A stretch of DNA of 40,645 nt from the IMG/VR virus record IMGVR_UViG_3300035562_000120, positions 1 to 40,645 of that record, one strand, 5' to 3'. This DNA comes from a virus (taxonomy: Duplodnaviria > Caudoviricetes). Position numbers and translations under genes: made by a program. A model generated the notes under the pieces. The model made no database searches, had not been told where the DNA came from, and worked only from the letters and a program-made list of their open reading frames with translations. Each line of letters starts with the position of its first letter. Positions within the stretch are counted from its first letter, which is position 1. This document shows positions 26,673 through 33,905 of the stretch, piece after piece.

Positions 26673-27317
26673 GTTATTTTTGCTATTTTCTGCATTTTCG
26701 ATGCAGATGGCCTCACGAACAGCGAAGAAGACAGCAGAGTTGAATATTTCAATGCACCAGCGCACCCTGTCATCCACCTGATCGCGTGTCAGCCATGGGG
26801 CATAATGATTTTGCATATAGCGGCCAAGTACCGACACGGTGTTGTTGCGGCCCGTATAGAACAGCTTGCCGATCACATAGACCGGGTTGTCATGCTTCAT
26901 CGACGCCAGAACTGCTTTTTCCATGAAGTCGCATTCCTCATCAGCGCCAGCAACCACCAGCATTGATTCAAGTGAGCGTTGAGGCCAAAGAATGGTTGTT
27001 GCCTTCTTTATCTGCTCTTCACCGCGATAGCCCAGCTTACGTAAATCAGCCATCACTTTTACAATCCGGGCAGCGCTTTCATCGTCCCACTGCTCAGGGA
27101 CAATTTGGCCCCATACACCGCTGCCACCGCCGCACTTCAACTTTCCATCGGTATTGCCGCCGTACATATCGCCCCAGGCGTTTAACAGGCTGCTGATCCA
27201 CAATGTTTGTAGTCGGGTTAGGCGCTTAAACTTGCCCAGGTATTGCTTGCGAGTAACCCTGGAAACCGTTGTCCATGCGTCGTGCGTTAACGTTCTTTTC
27301 TGTTGCGGGGTCATCAT
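26646..27317 (-). CDS. Late antitermination protein Q-like
   Basis: Canonical position after ninG and before the pR'/tR' and lysis genes; 223 aa; sequence family not verified. Confidence 0.7.
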   Translation of the reverse strand: MMTPQQKRTLTHDAWTTVSRVTRKQYLGKFKRLTRLQTLWISSLLNAWGDMYGGNTDGKLKCGGGSGVWGQIVPEQWDDESAARIVKVMADLRKLGYRGEEQIKKATTILWPQRSLESMLVVAGADEECDFMEKAVLASMKHDNPVYVIGKLFYTGRNNTVSVLGRYMQNHYAPWLTRDQVDDRVRWCIEIFNSAVFFAVREAICIENAENSKNNLIIANESA

Positions 27318-27889
27318 GCCGCCTTCTCCTGCTTCAATGCTTTGCGCTTGGCTTTATATGTGTCGCGGATACGTTCGTAGTCACTGCGGGTTAACTTGTC
27401 TGCCTTCGTCGGTGGGCCTACCAGCCGGTCAAATCTTGCCTGACCTATCTTGGCTATCAGGTTAGGCCGGTATTCACTCAGGTTCGCGGATTTGAAGTTG
27501 TTACAGACCGAGCACTGCTTATGGCAATTATCTTCATCAAAGCGCAGCTCTCGGTTGCTTCCCACGGTGCGGTAATGCCCGGCGTGATATTGCCCTTCGT
27601 GGTAGCGGCCACAACTGATGCAAGGATCATCTGCATCACGTTCGCGGATGTAGGCGTTAAATTCGGTCTGTGCCAAGTTGATGAAATACTGCAGGGGCTT
27701 AACGGCCAGCTTGCGAATCTTCAGCTTGGCTTTGCGTTCCCTTTCAACCAGGCGCTTACGTGCGTCACGCTGGTATGCCATGGCGCAAAGCGGGTTGCAG
27801 ACCTTCTGGAGGTACTTCTCCGGTGTGAAGGTTGTCCCACACTGGGCGCAGACCTTATCCTTGTACTGCTTGGGCTTAGGCTTTTTCAT
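27314..27889 (-). CDS. ninG: NinG/Rap recombination endonuclease
   Basis: CAQC...C...C, FNAYIRERD, CISCG, HAGHYRTVG, LRFDEDNCHKQCSVCN; start set at ATG 27889. Confidence 0.92.
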   Translation of the reverse strand: MKKPKPKQYKDKVCAQCGTTFTPEKYLQKVCNPLCAMAYQRDARKRLVERERKAKLKIRKLAVKPLQYFINLAQTEFNAYIRERDADDPCISCGRYHEGQYHAGHYRTVGSNRELRFDEDNCHKQCSVCNNFKSANLSEYRPNLIAKIGQARFDRLVGPPTKADKLTRSDYERIRDTYKAKRKALKQEKAA

Positions 27890-28859
27890 TCTTTTCCTCA
27901 CGGTGGAATACCCACTCGTATACCTCTGAGCCGTTAAGCAGCAGATCGTTGAAGTCGCCGGATTTAGGCCAGCGGACTGAGACTTGTTGAAGATCGTTTT
28001 TTGCCAGCAGATTGGCGCGAGCACACTCAAAGGCAGCAGCATGGCCAGTAGCCGATGCATCAGCGTCAGCGAAGATGATCAGGCGCTGTACTCCACGGGG
28101 TACGCGGAATTTCTTCATGAAGGTGGCGTTTAACGTCGCCCAGGTGTTGCACTGGGTGATTTGGTGGCAAGACAGCGCGGTCTCTATACCTTCTGCGATG
28201 CCCAGCGTTGCGGATGGTGGAAACATGCGGATGGCCACTGATGAGGCGTGTTCAAGGTAACTGTCCTCTTGCAGCTTCATCATTTTCTTCGGTGCGCCAG
28301 CAACAGTGGCTTTTTGATCGCCGTCCAGCAAAGTACGGTGCAGGTAACACAATTCGCCTTTGTCGTCCGTTGCCAACGCATAAATAGACTGGTACTCGCC
28401 ACCGGCTGCGCGTTGACGTTCACAAAAACGCACGTTCTCGATCGGCAGGCTGGTGATGCCCCGGTGTTTCAAGTAGTGATCAGCACCGGTGCCGCGCAAT
28501 CCTTTTAATCCTGCGAATTTGCAGCTCACGCGCTGCCGTTGGGAGGCTATGCCAGAAGAAAGGCCACCAGCCTGATAGTTCTCTTCGGGTGAATACGTTC
28601 GGCCCACCAGCGTATCTACCTCGGAGGCCAGTGTTTTGAAATCCTTCCCGGTAGCACCGGTTAGCAGCGCCCAACCGTCACCAGCACCGCATGAGCAAAT
28701 GTATGAGCCGGTGCCGTTCTTGTCGTCACAACGGAACTTGCCCTTGCGCCCACATAACGGGCACTCCCCTTTAAAATGATTTTTCCCAGTGACTGGAGGT
28801 AAGCCGTAAAATTCGAGTATTTTCGGCCAGTGGCCGATAGCTGCCTGTTTGGTATTCAT
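27876..28859 (-). CDS. DNA primase (Zn ribbon + TOPRIM)
   Basis: CPLCG...FRCDD...CSCGAGDG; IAEGIETALS, IFADAD, DFND. Confidence 0.92.
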   Translation of the reverse strand: MNTKQAAIGHWPKILEFYGLPPVTGKNHFKGECPLCGRKGKFRCDDKNGTGSYICSCGAGDGWALLTGATGKDFKTLASEVDTLVGRTYSPEENYQAGGLSSGIASQRQRVSCKFAGLKGLRGTGADHYLKHRGITSLPIENVRFCERQRAAGGEYQSIYALATDDKGELCYLHRTLLDGDQKATVAGAPKKMMKLQEDSYLEHASSVAIRMFPPSATLGIAEGIETALSCHQITQCNTWATLNATFMKKFRVPRGVQRLIIFADADASATGHAAAFECARANLLAKNDLQQVSVRWPKSGDFNDLLLNGSEVYEWVFHREEKNEKA

Positions 28860-30382
28860 GCGGCTTTCCCCTGCTTAGATTTTGCGTAGGCAATCTGTGT
28901 TGATTTGATGAAATTGCTCACCACCGGCGTGATAGCCATTGGCGTTCTGTGCAGCCCGTTAGGCCATGTGTCGAATTTTTTCTTATAGACGTGCGAACAC
29001 CAGCCATCGCTAACAGGTTTTCCCTGAGCGCTGCGGGTGCGTTGGTAATAGAGAATTTGACTCCACCAGGCTTGTTTCACCGCTGTGGTGACCACTTCCT
29101 TGGCTTGCTTAACTTTCTTAAGGCTGCGTGTTTTGTCTGTGTCGATGTCTTCACCGGCGATCGGCTTGAAACCACATTTCGGGCAGATATAAATACCGAC
29201 CGGCTTCACGTAATGGCATTGGGTGCATTCTTTCGGCAGGCGTTCCGGTTGTTCGGTTCTGACCACACGGGCCGGGGCATCCTCCATCCCGTCAGAGGTG
29301 GCTGGCAGGTAGTCATATTCGATATCGTCGGGATAGCCCATCTGATGGACGGTGCCGGTGTGGTCGAAGATGATGCAGTGATCTTTCCCAGGAGCCGGGC
29401 GCAGGCCACGGCCAAGAATCTGAATCCAGCGTATTTCTGACTTTGTAGGTCGGGCGAAGATGATGCAGCGGACGTCACTGTCAAAGCCAGCCACCAGCAC
29501 ACCCACGTTGATGATGATCTTTGTGATGCCCTGTTCAAAACGACTGATCGTTAGTTGGCGTTCTTCGTGCGGCGTGGATGCCGTCATAACTTCAACCATC
29601 ACGCCTGCGCGGCTGAATTCTACGGTCACGTAATTTGCATGGGCCACGTTGACGCAGAAGCAGATCGTCGGGCGGTCTTCCCCATTTTCCAGCCAGTTCT
29701 TGACGATATCGCCCACCAACGTTGGGTCACTCATGACCTCGCCGGATTGCGCTTCGTTGTAGTCCCTGCCATAGCCTGCTTGTACCGACGTTTTCACATC
29801 GGTCATGTCAGGGTGTGAAGGGGCGTAAAATTCGTATTTGCTGAGTGCGCCAATTGAGATCAGCTCTTTCATCGTGGTCGGCTTGATCAACTTCTGGTAA
29901 TACGTCCCGAGCCACGCAGAGAACGGTGTACCCGACAGGCCGATAACCTTCACGTCAGTGTTTGCCGTCAAGTGGTCTATGATTTCCAAAATCTTTTTGC
30001 GCTTCAGGTGGGCTTCATCAATGATCAGCAGATCGATGTTTTCCGGGAAGTCACGACGGATAAGCGTATCAGCCGATGCAATTTGAATAAGGCGCTGTGG
30101 GTCGTAGGCCGGATGGTCACGCCAGATATAACCAATTTCGTCAGCCGGCAAGCCGTACTCAATGAAACGGTTAGCGGTCTGGTCAAGCAGGACGGTATAC
30201 GGGGCCACAAACATTATGCGCATGTTGCGGCTGATGAACCCGCTGGCGATAAGCGCAGCGATTGCCGTTTTGCCGAACCCTACCGGCGCATACATCATGA
30301 ATGAGCCGTGTTGCTTCCATGCCGAGCGCAGCATATTCAGTGCAACAATCTGTTTTTCGCGGGGCTGGATAGTAAGCATCAT
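28856..30382 (-). CDS. SF2 DEAD/DEAH-box helicase
   Basis: APVGFGKT, IIDEAH, GLSGTP, QILGRGLR, C-terminal Zn finger CTQC..CPKC; start set at ATG 30382/30379. Confidence 0.93.
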   Translation of the reverse strand: MMLTIQPREKQIVALNMLRSAWKQHGSFMMYAPVGFGKTAIAALIASGFISRNMRIMFVAPYTVLLDQTANRFIEYGLPADEIGYIWRDHPAYDPQRLIQIASADTLIRRDFPENIDLLIIDEAHLKRKKILEIIDHLTANTDVKVIGLSGTPFSAWLGTYYQKLIKPTTMKELISIGALSKYEFYAPSHPDMTDVKTSVQAGYGRDYNEAQSGEVMSDPTLVGDIVKNWLENGEDRPTICFCVNVAHANYVTVEFSRAGVMVEVMTASTPHEERQLTISRFEQGITKIIINVGVLVAGFDSDVRCIIFARPTKSEIRWIQILGRGLRPAPGKDHCIIFDHTGTVHQMGYPDDIEYDYLPATSDGMEDAPARVVRTEQPERLPKECTQCHYVKPVGIYICPKCGFKPIAGEDIDTDKTRSLKKVKQAKEVVTTAVKQAWWSQILYYQRTRSAQGKPVSDGWCSHVYKKKFDTWPNGLHRTPMAITPVVSNFIKSTQIAYAKSKQGKAA

Positions 30383-30570
30383 CGTTTCATTCCTCGTTTT
30401 ATCGTCTAGCCGTCTAAATTTCCGTTTGGCGCTTTTTAACAACTCGATCCCTTAAAGATCTTCCCTCTGGTAAAGCCTGTTCCTGCCCCCACACCCCAAC
30501 CCGATCACCCCCCTTTCCCCCCTCTTACCCTTCCCCTCTCCCCCGTTTAAAAAAACACCGTTGAAAATTT

Positions 30571-30870
30571 TCATGCCGCTTTCCCGTTTTGCCCCACCAG
30601 CGGTGGCGCGGTAGTTAATCCCTGGCCAGCCCTTGAATACCGTTCGACGTAGGTTCTAAGCCGTGTATTCGCCGCCCTGCGGCCTGCGTTGTCTTGCTGG
30701 TATGAAACCTCTTCGAGGTCAAACGCAGCCTGGTATGCCTCCGCGTATGCGAGCGCAATCTTTCCGCGTTGCGCAGGCGGTAACATGCCAAGCTGTTCTT
30801 GAATCCATACGGCATCCTCACGGCAAAACACCGTAGGCATGACGGTTCGAACAAACGCTGCAGTCTGCAT
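30571..30870 (-). CDS. Conserved hypothetical phage protein in the replication module
   Basis: 99 aa, WIQEQL..L...R..IA..Y...Y...NAGRRAANTRLR; SD gaggt. Confidence 0.75.
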   Translation of the reverse strand: MQTAAFVRTVMPTVFCREDAVWIQEQLGMLPPAQRGKIALAYAEAYQAAFDLEEVSYQQDNAGRRAANTRLRTYVERYSRAGQGLTTAPPLVGQNGKAA

Positions 30871-30874
30871 ACGC

Positions 30875-31384
30875 TTACCTCATGGGTTTAGTGACCTCTG
30901 GGGGGCAGAACACGCTGTAAAGCAACAGGATGTGCTCTTGGAACGTTGCCATCAGGCGGTGGGTGTTCTCGTCCAGCGCCTTACGTTCAACGTCGTCAAT
31001 CTCGCCGTCTTCGGTGAATTTACGGACTAGTTCGGAGTGCTTGCCGATGTACTCGATAGCTTCCATCAGCTTGCTGTTGATATCGTCACGATCGATGTCC
31101 TCCACTTTCGGCAGAGGTACGTTCACGCTGTGCGATTGGCGGGATACCGCGTCGGCAAAGTGGGTATTGCCACCAGCCTGTTGCAACACCATGAACCAGC
31201 CGATCGGGAAAATTTGATTACTGTTTGGACGCAGACGGTTAAACAACGCGTCCTCAGTCACCCCTAGCCAATTAGCTGCCTCTGCATAACCGCCAGGCAG
31301 ACCAGTGATAATTTTGCGGGCGGCGCTAATCACCCATTCAGGCTGTTTTTCTGCCTGCCAGTCCGGCGCGTTTTGCTGTGACAC
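30875..31384 (-). CDS. CII-position regulator, YmfL family
   Basis: WQAEKQP.W...KIITGLPGGYAEAA.WLGVTEDALFNRLR, DGEIDDVE; GTG 31384 follows SD GAGGA. Confidence 0.8.
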   Translation of the reverse strand: MSQQNAPDWQAEKQPEWVISAARKIITGLPGGYAEAANWLGVTEDALFNRLRPNSNQIFPIGWFMVLQQAGGNTHFADAVSRQSHSVNVPLPKVEDIDRDDINSKLMEAIEYIGKHSELVRKFTEDGEIDDVERKALDENTHRLMATFQEHILLLYSVFCPPEVTKPMR

Positions 31385-31443
31385 AGTTGTAGTCCTCGGG
31401 CTGTGGTTACGATTACTTGTTAATTGCGAGATACTCTCACTCA

Positions 31444-31674
31444 TCAATTGGATGGGTTCGATTCACTCTGTTTTGTCGGGGGGAAAACCTCATCCAGCCC
31501 AACAGACTCACCAAGCTTGTTGAAAATCGCCACGAAACCACGGCAAGTCTGGATATCCATGCTCCGTCGTCCGGCTTCGTAATGGCAGATAGCACCTGGC
31601 GTACAGCCTGCAAGCTGGGCTAACTCAGATTGAGTCAGCCCCAGCCGTTTACGAATCACTTGTATGTTGTTCAT
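31444..31674 (-). CDS. cro: Cro-like HTH repressor
   Basis: IRKRLGLTQSELAQLAGCTPGAICHYEAGRR; divergent from cI. Confidence 0.9.
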   Translation of the reverse strand: MNNIQVIRKRLGLTQSELAQLAGCTPGAICHYEAGRRSMDIQTCRGFVAIFNKLGESVGLDEVFPPTKQSESNPSN

Positions 31675-31694
31675 GAAGCCTCCTATTTCCGGAA

Positions 31695-31723
31695 AGTATA
31701 CATATCGTATTCAATGGAGGCAA
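31695..31723 (-). promoter_or_regulatory. pR promoter
   Basis: TTGCCT-17 nt-TATACT upstream of cro, overlapped by an operator. Confidence 0.8.
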
Positions 31724-31769
31724 GCGAAGTATACATATTGTGTCTCGCGAACTGCTATACAAAACGTAT
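31698..31769. promoter_or_regulatory. OR: three operators ATAC-N5-GTAT (31698-31710, 31731-31743, 31757-31769)
   Basis: atac-atatc-gtat, atac-atatt-gtgt, atac-aaaac-gtat; the same dyad recurs at OL. Confidence 0.85.
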
Positions 31770-31778
31770 AATTCAGGA

Positions 31779-32441
31779 ATGAACATGAAATGGTATGAAG
31801 CCGCCAAAGCCAAAATGAAGGCATCTAACATTGGCCAAGAACAACTTGCAGAGCATCTAGGTGTAACCAAGGGTGCCGTAAGTCATTGGCTTAATGGTCG
31901 TAGAGAGCCGGGCATACAAATCATTGCCAATATTATGAATTTTATTGGTATGAGCGATTTCGTAGTTAACCCAGGGAAGAATGCATCAGTTTCAGAGGCT
32001 GAAACCTCAAACATTAAATATGCAGGCCCTTACCATAAAGGACGAGAATTCCCACTAATAAGCTGGGTTCAGGCTGGTGCGTGGGCAGAAGCAATGGAAC
32101 CGTATACTCTGGACGAGATCGATGAATGGTATGAGTCCGATACGAAGGTTTTCGGTAAGGCTTTCTGGCTTCGTGTGGAGGGTGAATCTATGACGGCACC
32201 TTCTGGCGTAAGTATCCCAGAAGGCACTTTAGTGCTGGTTGATACAGGCCGTGAACCTATAAACGGTAGCCTAGTGATTGCCAAAATGGTTGACGCAAAC
32301 GAAGCCACCTTCAAAAAACTGATCATTGATGGTGGTCAGAAGTACCTGAAAGGGCTTAACCCTGCATGGCCTATGAAGGAGATAAATGGCAACTGTAAAA
32401 TCATAGGAGTGGCTGTTCAAACTATGATGCGCCTTGTTTAA
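31779..32441 (+). CDS. cI: CI repressor (HTH + S24 autopeptidase)
   Basis: HTH QEQLAEHLGVTKGAVSHWLNG; cleavage site VQAG; catalytic GESM and TFKK; start ATG 31779 or 31785. Confidence 0.96.
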   Translation: MNMKWYEAAKAKMKASNIGQEQLAEHLGVTKGAVSHWLNGRREPGIQIIANIMNFIGMSDFVVNPGKNASVSEAETSNIKYAGPYHKGREFPLISWVQAGAWAEAMEPYTLDEIDEWYESDTKVFGKAFWLRVEGESMTAPSGVSIPEGTLVLVDTGREPINGSLVIAKMVDANEATFKKLIIDGGQKYLKGLNPAWPMKEINGNCKIIGVAVQTMMRLV

Positions 32442-32461
32442 CATTTTCCCTCTCTGTCCAT

Positions 32462-32487
32462 AACCCGACCTCTGAGTCGGGTTTTTT
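32462..32487 (+). terminator. Terminator after cI
   Basis: aacccgac-ctctga-gtcgggtttttt. Confidence 0.8.
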
Positions 32488-32573
32488 GTATCCGCAATAT
32501 CTCCCACGTTGATTAAAGCAGTTCCCCCGGCTCAAAGAGCAAATTTCAAACAACTAATTTTTAATAAAAATCA

Positions 32574-32644
32574 TCACATTATGTATTCATGCGAAAATTA
32601 AGTATACATATCGTATTGCATGGAATGAATACAGTTTGTATACT
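32574..32644 (+). promoter_or_regulatory. pL promoter with OL operators
   Basis: TTGCAT (32616-21)-17 nt-TATACT (32639-44); operators atac-atatc-gtat 32604-16, atac-agttt-gtat 32629-41 and a degenerate site at 32574-86. Confidence 0.85.
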
Positions 32645-32768
32645 CACCACATCAACACCGTAACGCCACCAGCAAACCACCGCCACAAACGTTACGGAAA
32701 GCCACACGCCACACGGTGAGCGACGAAATCACCGGACAGCCACCTTCAGAGGGTGATCGACTGGACAA

Positions 32769-32779
32769 GCTCTTTAACA
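32769..32779 (+). promoter_or_regulatory. boxA antitermination element (nutL-like)
   Basis: GCTCTTTAACA, the consensus NusB/NusE boxA, ~120 nt into the pL transcript. Confidence 0.8.
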
Positions 32780-33007
32780 ACCATAAGGAGATAGGCCAAT
32801 GAAGCAGTAAAAGATTCGCGACGACGGTGTTACAGGTCGGGTTCCCGCAGCGACGCAGTGAGGGAAAAGAAGCAATAAGCATCACGCAGTTCCGATTGGC
32901 GAACGGTTAACGCATCAAACAGCCTGAAAACTACGAGTGGATTTACCCTGCCGCTGCCAACGCGGGACGGTAGGCATAAGACCACTGAGAAGGAATTTGT
33001 ATAACCC

Positions 33008-33145
33008 ATGAAGATAATCTTAACCAACCGTATTCGCCGCAGGGCACGCCGGGAAATGCGCGCACAACGTCGTAGAGCCTTCAGGGCTTTCGGTAATTGT
33101 AATCAAGCCAGCCTACTGAATAGCTATGCCCGCTGGTATTTCTAA
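33008..33145 (+). CDS. Arg-rich 45-aa peptide, copy A; not in the ORF track
   Basis: MKIILTNRIRRRARREMRAQRRRAFRAFGNCNQASLLNSYARWYF; 27/45 identical to copy B with the same length. Confidence 0.75.
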   Translation: MKIILTNRIRRRARREMRAQRRRAFRAFGNCNQASLLNSYARWYF

Positions 33146-33184
33146 CCTAACCGCGCCCTTCGGGGCGCAATAGCAGGACTTACC

Positions 33185-33322
33185 ATGCAGATCGTCTTAA
33201 CCAAGCGTGAGCGCCGCAAAGCACGCAGGGAATTCCGAACCTTTCGCCGCGTTGCCATCCGCAAATTCGGTAATTGTGATGTTACCAGCTACTTGAACCG
33301 CCTTGTGCGCTGGTATTTCTAA
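33185..33322 (+). CDS. Arg-rich 45-aa peptide, copy B; not in the ORF track
   Basis: MQIVLTKRERRKARREFRTFRRVAIRKFGNCDVTSYLNRLVRWYF; SD AGGA 6 nt upstream. Confidence 0.78.
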   Translation: MQIVLTKRERRKARREFRTFRRVAIRKFGNCDVTSYLNRLVRWYF

Positions 33323-33357
33323 TCTATAGCGCCCTTCGGGGGTGCTCTGAGGCAGCA

Positions 33358-33543
33358 ATGAAATCACTCAATTTCAATCATTCCGGCGTCAGCGGCTGCG
33401 CTGAGGTATCCGGCAGCACCGTGTTTGTGCGTTACGCCGGTTCAGGTTTCCACCTGTCAGCGGCAAAAGAAGGTCTACGGAAAAAGATCATCGGCGAACT
33501 GGCAAAAGCTGGCCTGCTGCCAAAAACCATCACTTCTAAATAG
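33358..33543 (+). CDS. Hypothetical protein
   Basis: 61 aa, SD GAGG, in the pL direction. Confidence 0.65.
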   Translation: MKSLNFNHSGVSGCAEVSGSTVFVRYAGSGFHLSAAKEGLRKKIIGELAKAGLLPKTITSK

Positions 33544-33600
33544 CCCCGGCTGCAGACGCCAATCTTTGCCGGGGCATGACCAATAGAACGGAGATTCAAC

Positions 33601-33729
33601 ATGATCAACCACAATGCTAACACAATCGTTGTAGACGGTATGCGCAAAGCCCCATCCGTGCAGGCCGTTCGCCTAACCTTATTCGCCCGTCTGCTGAAAA
33701 TGCTCTGCCAGAAAGGCAACCCGCTTTAA
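33601..33729 (+). CDS. CIII-like small protein (putative FtsH inhibitor); not in the ORF track
   Basis: MINHNANTIVVDGMRKAPSVQAVRLTLFARLLKMLCQKGNPL; SD GGAG; C-terminal RLLKMLCQKGNP resembles CIII RLIDILNQPGVP. Confidence 0.55.
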   Translation: MINHNANTIVVDGMRKAPSVQAVRLTLFARLLKMLCQKGNPL

Positions 33730-33890
33730 TAGTTTTGCTGTGTGTAGTCTTTGGCGGCCAGACCGAACTTCAACCCATGAGGAGTGAAGATAATGTTCAT
33801 AGGCTGGTCGCCCTTTTTCATAGAGAGAAGGACTTAGGCATCCATTAACCCTGGAGGGCGTCACCCTGCCTGAGTTTTTCTCTGTATGTG
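33730..33890 (+). ncRNA. Putative DicF-like sRNA cassette with an RprA-like seed, a terminator-like stem and a long RNase III-type stem
   Basis: TTGCTGTGTGTAGTCTTTG (33735-53); stem ggcggccag/ctggtcgcc + cttttt; long stem 33819-33840 pairing with 33867-33888. Confidence 0.6.
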
Positions 33891-33905
33891 ACGAGGAGAA
33901 ATATC

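Larger units (their letters stand above)
33008..33346 (+). repeat. Diverged tandem duplication, 177-bp period (ORF + UUCG hairpin)
   Basis: Shared tcttaaccaa, ttcggtaattgt, cgctggtatttctaa and gcgcccttcgggg at a constant offset. Confidence 0.88.

Noticed and set aside
30379-30391. ATG AAA CGA TGA mini-ORF overlapping the helicase start
   Set aside because: ATG lies too close to the SD, which is better spaced for the helicase ATGs
30430-30443. boxA-like CGCTTTTTAACA
   Set aside because: On the plus strand, opposite to pR transcription, so it cannot act as nutR; no plus-strand promoter identified
31405-31430. Possible nutR boxA (cgcaattaaca) between cro and the CII-like gene
   Set aside because: Too degenerate and no convincing boxB
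33008-33346. CRISPR-like or mini-array interpretation of the repeats
   Set aside because: Only two units, similarity extends across the whole 177 bp and preserves a reading frame; no cas genes
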